Below are positions 25,565 through 32,000 of a stretch of DNA of 32,000 bases, in pieces. The notes below the pieces were generated by a model, which was not told where the DNA came from, ran no database searches, and saw nothing but the letters and a program-made list of their open reading frames with translations. Both the position numbers and the translations under genes were made by a program. The stretch's first letter is position 1. The number at the start of each line of letters is the position of its first letter. Origin of the DNA: Idiomarina loihiensis L2TR (GTDB lineage: Bacteria > Pseudomonadota > Gammaproteobacteria > Enterobacterales > Alteromonadaceae); NCBI RefSeq assembly GCF_000008465.1, contig NC_006512.1:300001-332000 (forward strand), in the 5' to 3' direction.

Positions 25565-25881
25565 GTTTGCTCGATAAGCAGTGGTTGAAACTAAAATAAA
25601 GTAGCTACAGTCTCAACCACTGCGTCTATTTTAGTTATATTCTTTTAGAGCTTTATGAACTTCCCCGCTTTTCGTTATCCTGCTAGCGCTGTAAATACTT
25701 CTCTTTTGCTCCATTTTTTCAGAAGCTTTGAGCCATTATATTGTTAACTTTACCTAAGTCGATTAATATCAAACAGATAGTTGCTGTTCTGAAAAGGATG
25801 TCGGACATTGCGTAAACTCTGTCGGCTTATTCTTTTCTTACTATAAAAACTGTTTACGCCTATATAACAAGGAGATAAAAA

Positions 25882-26136
25882 ATGAAAGACGTTCTATTTT
25901 TTAACAATATGCTGACACCGAAGATCATTACCTTTGTGTATTGGATTTTGCTTTTGGCCGCCGTTGTTGGTGGGGTAAGCACTATGTTTATGGGTTATGA
26001 AGGTTTTACCTTTGGTAACTTCCTTAAAGGGATATTTTACGCTCTGGCCGGAGGCGTTGGTGCCAGAATTTGGTGTGAGCTTCTTATTGTTCTGTTTAAA
26101 ATGAACGAAGCTCTGCAGGATCTTCGTAAGAAGTAA
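25882..26136 (+). CDS. DUF4282 family small membrane protein
   Basis: FFNNMLTPKIITFVYWILLLAAVVGG is the characteristic DUF4282 opening. Two TM helices. AAGGAGA RBS. Confidence 0.75.
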   Translation: MKDVLFFNNMLTPKIITFVYWILLLAAVVGGVSTMFMGYEGFTFGNFLKGIFYALAGGVGARIWCELLIVLFKMNEALQDLRKK

Positions 26137-26192
26137 ATGATAGAAATAAAGACATGTAACGCTTCTAAGTGAAGCTTTCTATAAGTTGCGCG

Positions 26193-26220
26193 GCCCTCCT
26201 GTTGGAGGGCATTTTATTTT
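26193..26220 (+). terminator. rho-independent terminator
   Basis: GCCCTCC-TGTT-GGAGGGC (26193-26210) followed by ATTTTATTTT. Confidence 0.8.
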
Positions 26221-26280
26221 AGGTCTTTTCTCATGACTCAAATGAGCCTATTCTAGGGTTATACAACTCACTAACATCAG

Positions 26281-28845
26281 GTGCCACCCTTCTTGCGAAA
26301 CCTTATTGCTATTGCTTTATTGCTACTTGCTTCGGGATCAATGGCTCAGGATGTAACATTGAAAGTGGGTGTTTATGACAACCCGCCCAAAATCATGTTC
26401 GATGAATACGGCCAGTTGAGCGGTATTCATGGCCAGCTTCTTATGAATATTGCACAGCGTCATAATTGGCAACTGGTGCCGGTCGAATGTGAATGGGATC
26501 AATGCTTAAAGCTCTTGCGCGAGGGGCGAATTGATATTTTCCCGGATGTTGTGAAAAACGATGAAAGAGAGACTTGGGCTAGTTTTCATAATGAGCCTGC
26601 TTTATTGAGTTGGTCACAGCTTTATGCGCCGAAAGAAGAAAAAATTACCAACCTTTTAGATTTGAACAACAAACGTGTGGCGGTACTGCGGGACTCTGTT
26701 CAGGAAGAGTATCTAAAACAATTAATTGAGAATTTTGATCTAAACAGTGAGCTTTATCCGGTGCAGAGCCTTGCCGAAGGGTTTGATGCGGTTGTTGCGG
26801 GAAAGGTCAACGCCACTTCGGCGGATCAGCTTTTTGGCGATAAGCAAGTGACAGAATATGCCATTGAAATGACCCCCATCATGTTTCTTCCTAATGAGGT
26901 TTTCTTTGCCGTTCCTAAAGGTTCTCATGCAGATATTCTGTCAACTCTGGACAGAGAGCTAAAGCGCTTAAAAGCCGATGAAAACTCCGATTACTATGAA
27001 ATTATTGAGCGCTGGAGTTCAGGGCAAAGTCACTTAACAATTTCTGTTTACGTTTGGTGGTTAATGACGGCATTGGTCTTACTATTCTTGACTGTTGTTG
27101 GGTTTAATCTGCTTTTGCGTCGCAAGGTTACCGAAAAAACACAAGCGCTGGCTGAAAGTAAGTATCGTTTGAATACCATTTTAGACAGTGTTGAAGCTTA
27201 TATTTTTATCAAAGATAAAGAGCTGAAGTATCAGTATGCGAACCAGCAGGTTTTAAAACTGTTTCAGTTAAAACTGGGTGATTTCATCGGAAAAACCGAT
27301 GCCGATTTGTTTGATAAAAGCACCGCCGATACGCTTAAAGTTTTTGACAACAAAGTAATAAAAAGCGGTAAACGGGCGGCTCAGGAAGAAATTAGCTTTC
27401 TGCCTGACAAAAAAAAGCCGCTTCATTTTTGGTCTGTAAAAGTGCCGTTATATGATGCCAATAAGAAGGTTATTGGCTTGTGCGGAATTTGTACTGACAT
27501 TTCAGAATACCAGAGCATGAAAGAAGAAATTCAGTCTCTTGCGTACTTCGACCCTTTAACCGGCCTGGCGAATAGACGTTTCATGCTGGAGCGTTTGAAA
27601 GACGAGTTTTATCGTTACCAGAATGGCGGAGATGATGGTGTGCTGGCAATGTTGGATATCGACCAGTTCAAGAAAGTGAATGACAGCGTAAGCCATGACG
27701 CGGGAGACGAGCTTTTGGTTCTGTTTGGCCAGAGACTGGAGTCTGAGCTGCTTCAGACTGAAACTGCCGGACGTCTGGGGGCCGATGAATTTATGGTGCT
27801 GTTAAAGAGTAAAAGCGGTATTAATCTGCTGGACGATAAGAATCTGCGTCAGCGCCTGCAGGTTTTGGTAGAGCGTTTAAGTGAGCCTTACCAATTAGGC
27901 GAAAAAACGGAGTCGATATCAGTCAGTATGGGCGTCACTTTGTTTTCCGATGCGCAAAACACCGGAGATCTACTTCAGGGAGCCGACCTGGCGCTGTCGC
28001 AGGCAAAAGAGACCAATGCATCAAAGCTGCAATTTTTTAATACGGGCATACAGCGCGAATTTAATTATCGGCAAAAGATGATAACTGGGTTACGACAGGC
28101 AATAACGACAGAGTCACTGGAAGTGTATTTGCAGCCGCAGTACCAACAGCTAACGGATGAGGCCAGCCAGCGTTGTTTGGGCTTTGAAGCGTTACTCCGT
28201 TGGTACGACGAAGAACTTGGTTGGGTGTCTCCCGCAGAGTTTATTCCGTTAGCCGAAAGTCAGGGACTCATGCCCGACCTGCATCGGTTGGTGCTGAATC
28301 AGGTACTGGCAGCCATTCCCAAATTGCAACACGCTATAAGTGATAAAGGCGGACGTGTTGCGATAAACGTCAGTGCCAGCCAGTTTAAATACCCCGGATT
28401 TGTAGAAGATATTGAGGCCCGTTTAACGGCGGCTGGTATTCCCGGAGAGTTGCTTGAGCTGGAAGTAACCGAGAGTTTACTCATTGATGATATTGAAAAC
28501 ACGGCTGCGAATATGGAAAGGCTAAAACGCCTGGGAGTGACCTTTGCGCTGGATGATTTTGGAACCGGTTACGCCTCTTTGGGCTATCTGAAACGTTTGC
28601 CCTTAAATTCGTTAAAGATAGATCAATCTTTTGTGCGAGACATGAAAAACGGCAACAGCGATGAAGCTATAGTAAGAACGGTGATAGCACTGGGCAAAAG
28701 TCTTGATTTAGCCATTATCGCAGAAGGTGTCGAAACGGAGGAGCACTTGCATAAACTACAGGAAATGGGGTGCTTTTGTTTTCAGGGTTACTATTTTGCC
28801 AGGCCAGAACCCAGTCATTTTTGGATGTCTGATGAGCGAGTTTAA
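26281..28845 (+). CDS. periplasmic solute-binding-domain / TM / PAS / degenerate GGDEF (GADEF) / EAL signalling protein
   Basis: Signal peptide plus a type-3 SBP-like domain (LKVGVYDNPPK..., ~230 aa) and a TM helix (VYVWWLMTALVLLFLTVVGF). Then PAS (LNTILDSVEAYIFIKD...), a GGDEF domain with GADEF at 27778-27792, and an EAL domain with EALLRW (28186), DDFGTGYASL, KIDQSFV, AEGVETEE and QGYYFARP. GTG start. Confidence 0.92.
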   Translation: MPPFLRNLIAIALLLLASGSMAQDVTLKVGVYDNPPKIMFDEYGQLSGIHGQLLMNIAQRHNWQLVPVECEWDQCLKLLREGRIDIFPDVVKNDERETWASFHNEPALLSWSQLYAPKEEKITNLLDLNNKRVAVLRDSVQEEYLKQLIENFDLNSELYPVQSLAEGFDAVVAGKVNATSADQLFGDKQVTEYAIEMTPIMFLPNEVFFAVPKGSHADILSTLDRELKRLKADENSDYYEIIERWSSGQSHLTISVYVWWLMTALVLLFLTVVGFNLLLRRKVTEKTQALAESKYRLNTILDSVEAYIFIKDKELKYQYANQQVLKLFQLKLGDFIGKTDADLFDKSTADTLKVFDNKVIKSGKRAAQEEISFLPDKKKPLHFWSVKVPLYDANKKVIGLCGICTDISEYQSMKEEIQSLAYFDPLTGLANRRFMLERLKDEFYRYQNGGDDGVLAMLDIDQFKKVNDSVSHDAGDELLVLFGQRLESELLQTETAGRLGADEFMVLLKSKSGINLLDDKNLRQRLQVLVERLSEPYQLGEKTESISVSMGVTLFSDAQNTGDLLQGADLALSQAKETNASKLQFFNTGIQREFNYRQKMITGLRQAITTESLEVYLQPQYQQLTDEASQRCLGFEALLRWYDEELGWVSPAEFIPLAESQGLMPDLHRLVLNQVLAAIPKLQHAISDKGGRVAINVSASQFKYPGFVEDIEARLTAAGIPGELLELEVTESLLIDDIENTAANMERLKRLGVTFALDDFGTGYASLGYLKRLPLNSLKIDQSFVRDMKNGNSDEAIVRTVIALGKSLDLAIIAEGVETEEHLHKLQEMGCFCFQGYYFARPEPSHFWMSDERV

Positions 28846-28848
28846 GCA

Positions 28849-29271
28849 ATGCTAATTTCCTTTATCTGTAACTCGATTATCGTCGGCTTAGCGGTTATTT
28901 TTCACTACGAAGCGCTTAACCGAATAGGTTGGCTGATCACTCACATGAGAATGTTCAGTCAAATTCGACTGATGTTTGGGGTCATGCTCGCAATCATCGC
29001 GCATACGGTAGAGGTTTCTATTTTTGCGCTTGCTTATTACTTTATGCATCACGAAGAAGGTTTTGGCACCTTAGTCGGTAATTTTGATGGAAGTTTTTTG
29101 GATGCTTTATACTTTTCTTTCACGGTTTTTAGTACGGTTGGTTTTGGCGATATAGAGCCTTCGGGAGCACTCCGCTTTTTAACTGGTGTGGAGAGTTTAA
29201 CTGGTTTAGTTTTAATTACCTGGACGGCTTCGTTTCTATACGTTGAAATGCAGCGTTACTGGCACCGTTAA
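28849..29271 (+). CDS. minimal potassium-channel-like protein (pore loop TVGFGD, no cytoplasmic gating domain)
   Basis: 140 aa with three hydrophobic helices. The pore helix plus selectivity filter YFSFTVFSTVGFGDIEP puts TVGFGD at 29134-29151. The ATG lies 3 nt after the upstream stop. Confidence 0.85.
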   Translation: MLISFICNSIIVGLAVIFHYEALNRIGWLITHMRMFSQIRLMFGVMLAIIAHTVEVSIFALAYYFMHHEEGFGTLVGNFDGSFLDALYFSFTVFSTVGFGDIEPSGALRFLTGVESLTGLVLITWTASFLYVEMQRYWHR

Positions 29272-29363
29272 CTGAAACATTTGCTAACAGAAGCCTGCTT
29301 CTATAAAGCTGTCAGGCGGTGTATCTTTATGGCTGAGGCATACCAGCTTGGAAAACAAAACTG

Positions 29364-30089
29364 ATGATGCAGGAAACATTAAAAATTTTAGTGGTAGATG
29401 ATGACGCACGGCTGCGAAGCTTGCTGGAGCGTTATCTTACTGAGCAAAACTTTCAGGTACGGGTGGCGCAGGACTCTGAGCAAATGGACCGCTTGCTGAC
29501 CCGGGAAAACTTTAATTTACTCGTACTGGATTTAATGCTGCCGGGCGAAGACGGACTCTCCATTTGCAAGCGTTTGCGTAGCCAGGGAAACAATCTGCCG
29601 GTCATTATGCTAACCGCAAAGGGCGACGAAGTGGACCGTATTATTGGCCTGGAACTCGGTGCTGATGACTATCTGGCTAAGCCTTTTAACCCTAGAGAGC
29701 TGTTAGCTCGCGTCAGAGCGGTACTGCGCCGGCGGGGTACCGAAGCTCCTGGTGCTCCCTCGCAGGAAGATCAGGAAATAACCTTCGGTGAATTCCGGCT
29801 GAATCTGGGTACTCGCGAAATGTTTCGCGGCGACACACCTATGCCGCTGACCAGTGGTGAATTTGCGGTACTCAAAGCTCTTGTTAATAATGCACGGCAG
29901 CCACTTTCGCGCGACAAGTTAATGCATCTGGCTCGTGGTCGTGACTACAGTGCGCTGGAGCGCTCGATTGACGTGCAGGTGTCTCGTTTAAGACGTATGC
30001 TGGAAGTCGATCCGACTAAGCCCCGATATATTCAGACGGTGTGGGGTCTGGGCTACGTGTTTGTGCCGGATGGTCAACTGAAGTCCTGA
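29364..30089 (+). CDS. ompR: osmolarity response regulator OmpR
   Basis: Near-identical blocks to E. coli OmpR across the whole length ([74 protein letters not shown]). The start may be the second ATG at 29367. Confidence 0.96.
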   Translation: MMQETLKILVVDDDARLRSLLERYLTEQNFQVRVAQDSEQMDRLLTRENFNLLVLDLMLPGEDGLSICKRLRSQGNNLPVIMLTAKGDEVDRIIGLELGADDYLAKPFNPRELLARVRAVLRRRGTEAPGAPSQEDQEITFGEFRLNLGTREMFRGDTPMPLTSGEFAVLKALVNNARQPLSRDKLMHLARGRDYSALERSIDVQVSRLRRMLEVDPTKPRYIQTVWGLGYVFVPDGQLKS

Positions 30090-31399
30090 TGAAACTTTTT
30101 CCTAAGTCAGCGTTTGCCCGCACGGTTGCGCTGCTGGCTCTGGTGTTGCTTATTAACCAGCTCGTTTCTTACGTGATGGTAAGCAATTATGTTGTCAGAC
30201 CCTCTATAGAACAAATTAATGAGCTGGTTGCTAAACACATCCGCACCATGTTTATCCCCCGTCAGCATTTAGCTGAAACCGAGCGCGAGCTCATGACCAG
30301 TTATACTGAAGCGACCGGCATTGAAGTCTTTAATGATGAAGCCGCTGAAAAGCAGGGCTTAGGTAACTCAACCTATTATGGTTATTTATCGGATGACATG
30401 AGTGATATGCTGGGTGGTGAAGCGCAAGTACGGGTAGCTCAGGGCAATAAATTCTATTTGTGGGTAAAACCTCCGCGTGCGCCTGACTTCTGGATACGCG
30501 TGCCCCTGGATAGTATGCAGCAGGGCCGCTTCTCGCCATTGGTGATGTACCTGGTACTCATTGGTTTGCTGAGCGTGTTCGGCGGTATGCTATTTGCCAA
30601 CTGGTTAAACCGACCGTTAAAAGCTCTGGAGGACTCCGCCCGAAGAGTTGGACGGGGAGAGTTCCCTGAGCAGCTGTCTGAAAAAGGGGCGACCGAAATT
30701 GTGGCGGTGACTCGCGCTTTTAATCAAATGTCGCGCGGTATTCGCGAGTTGGAAAATGACCGCAACCTTTTAATGGCCGGTGTTTCTCACGACTTAAGAA
30801 CCCCTCTTACTCGCATTCGTCTGGCTGCGGAAATGATGCCGCAGGGCGAAGACTGCCTGGCTCAGGGCATTATTGAAGATATAGACGACATGAACGACAT
30901 TATTGATCAGTTTATTGATTACGTTCGTCTTGATCAGCAGGAGTCGAGCAGCAGAGAGTCGCTGAATGAGCTGATAGAGCAAACTGTGGCGAATGTTCCG
31001 GATAACTGGCAAAAGCAGTTTGAGCTGGATTTAGGCAAGTTGCCCAGAGTCTGGTTACGGCCCTTGTCTATGAAGCGAGTCATTATTAATTTGCTGGAAA
31101 ATGCCGAACGTTACGGGAAACATCAAGTGGTGGTCAGCTCCGGGCATGATAAAAAGCAAAAACGTGTTTGGTTTAGAGTAACGGATGACGGCCCGGGCAT
31201 TCCCGAAGAGCAGCAGGCCACATTATTTGAGCCTTTTACTCAGGGGGATAAAGCGCGTGGTGGCGTTGGGTCCGGTCTGGGGCTGGCTATTATTAAGCGC
31301 ATTGTCGACCGGCACGACGGCAGTATAAAACTGCAAAACCGCCCGGAAGGCGGCTTGTGCGTGCGGATTGAACTGCCGCTGAATCAGCAACGGCAGTAA
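30089..31399 (+). CDS. envZ: osmosensor histidine kinase EnvZ
   Basis: The ATG overlaps the ompR TGA by 1 nt (TGATG). Two TM helices, a HAMP domain, the H-box [18 protein letters not shown], and HATPase motifs N ([10 protein letters not shown]), G1 (DDGPGI) and G2 (GSGLGLAI). Confidence 0.93.
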   Translation: MKLFPKSAFARTVALLALVLLINQLVSYVMVSNYVVRPSIEQINELVAKHIRTMFIPRQHLAETERELMTSYTEATGIEVFNDEAAEKQGLGNSTYYGYLSDDMSDMLGGEAQVRVAQGNKFYLWVKPPRAPDFWIRVPLDSMQQGRFSPLVMYLVLIGLLSVFGGMLFANWLNRPLKALEDSARRVGRGEFPEQLSEKGATEIVAVTRAFNQMSRGIRELENDRNLLMAGVSHDLRTPLTRIRLAAEMMPQGEDCLAQGIIEDIDDMNDIIDQFIDYVRLDQQESSSRESLNELIEQTVANVPDNWQKQFELDLGKLPRVWLRPLSMKRVIINLLENAERYGKHQVVVSSGHDKKQKRVWFRVTDDGPGIPEEQQATLFEPFTQGDKARGGVGSGLGLAIIKRIVDRHDGSIKLQNRPEGGLCVRIELPLNQQRQ

Positions 31400-31405
31400 T
31401 CTTGA

Positions 31406-32000
31406 TTACAGCAACAGGCGGTTAATACCGTTAAGAGCCGCAACCCGGTAGGCTTCCGCCATGGTCGGATAGTTAAAGGTGGTGTTGACGAAGTAGTCGA
31501 TGGTGTTACCACCGTTTTTCTGCTCCATAATAGCCTGACCAATGTGGATAATTTCTGAAGCTCGCTCGCCAAAACAGTGAAGCCCCAGCAGTTCTCGCGT
31601 TTCACGGTGGAATAATAATTTCAGACAACCCACGTCGGCACCGGAGATTTGCGCCCGTGCAAGGTGCTTAAACTGCGCACGGCCGACCTCATAAGGTACT
31701 TTCATTTCAGTCAGTTCTTCTTCAGTTTTACCAACCGAGCTGATTTCCGGGATGGTGTAAATACCGGTAGGGATATCGCTGATAAGTGCTTTGTCGCAAT
31801 TACCGTTAATAATAGCGGAAGCACAGATCCGTCCCTGATCGTATGCTGCGCTGGCTAAACTGGGGTAACCAATAATGTCGCCAACTGCATAAATATTATC
31901 GACACTGGTCTGGTAGTTTTCATTTACCTCCAATTGGCCGCGATAGTTGGGTTCAAGCCCCACCGCCTGGCAGTCAAGCTGTTCAATGTTACCGGAACGG
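31406..32000 (-). CDS. sthA: soluble pyridine nucleotide transhydrogenase SthA, C-terminal part (gene continues past the right edge)
   Basis: The C-terminus ...[26 protein letters not shown] matches the E. coli SthA C-terminus, and the dimerisation-domain sequence sits upstream. The frame stays open to position 32000, so the Met at 31963 in the track is internal. Confidence 0.93.
   Translation of the reverse strand, partial: RSGNIEQLDCQAVGLEPNYRGQLEVNENYQTSVDNIYAVGDIIGYPSLASAAYDQGRICASAIINGNCDKALISDIPTGIYTIPEISSVGKTEEELTEMKVPYEVGRAQFKHLARAQISGADVGCLKLLFHRETRELLGLHCFGERASEIIHIGQAIMEQKNGGNTIDYFVNTTFNYPTMAEAYRVAALNGINRLLL

Noticed and set aside
31396-31409. Inverted repeat GTAATC..GATTAC between envZ and sthA
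   Set aside because: It is formed by the two convergent stop codons and their neighbours. It has a 2-nt loop and no U-tract, so it is not a credible terminator.
1-32000. Looked for CRISPR arrays, tRNA/rRNA genes, IS elements, integrases and phage genes
   Set aside because: I saw no regularly spaced direct repeats, no tRNA-like T-arm/acceptor patterns, and no transposase, recombinase or capsid-like translations in any listed frame. This was a scan by eye only, so small elements could be missed.

Overview
Chromosomal segment of a marine-type gammaproteobacterium. The ompR-envZ and sthA products are very close to the enterobacterial ones, and overall gene content looks Alteromonadales-like; this taxonomic call is by eye only. 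I support about 40 protein genes and found no rRNA, tRNA, CRISPR array, transposase, integrase or phage genes. The window is dominated by signal transduction: a LytS/LytTR pair, a DesK/NarL-type pair, OmpR/EnvZ, a GGEEF cyclase and a periplasmic-sensor GADEF-EAL protein. The accessory material is small. (i) The left 3 kb holds a yefM-yoeB toxin-antitoxin module plus three AT-richer orphan genes whose intergenic junctions share conserved motifs. (ii) A HigBA-like RelE/XRE module at 13.75-14.43 kb is AT-richer and bracketed by a 7-bp direct repeat. I do not see a clear-cut new defence or mobile system. The best candidates for something uncharacterised are: (a) two paralogous signal-peptide amidohydrolases, each embedded in a different two-component-system operon, 7418-12445 with a diguanylate cyclase and DUF1275 protein, and 19307-23900 with an ABC-2 exporter; (b) a minimal TVGFGD potassium-channel gene starting 3 nt after a c-di-GMP phosphodiesterase-type sensor gene; (c) orphan immunity-like proteins (WxxEHGxG family, NTF2-like+DUF4241) with no toxin partner. 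All family calls come from motif recognition in the supplied translations. No searches were run and no composition statistics were computed.
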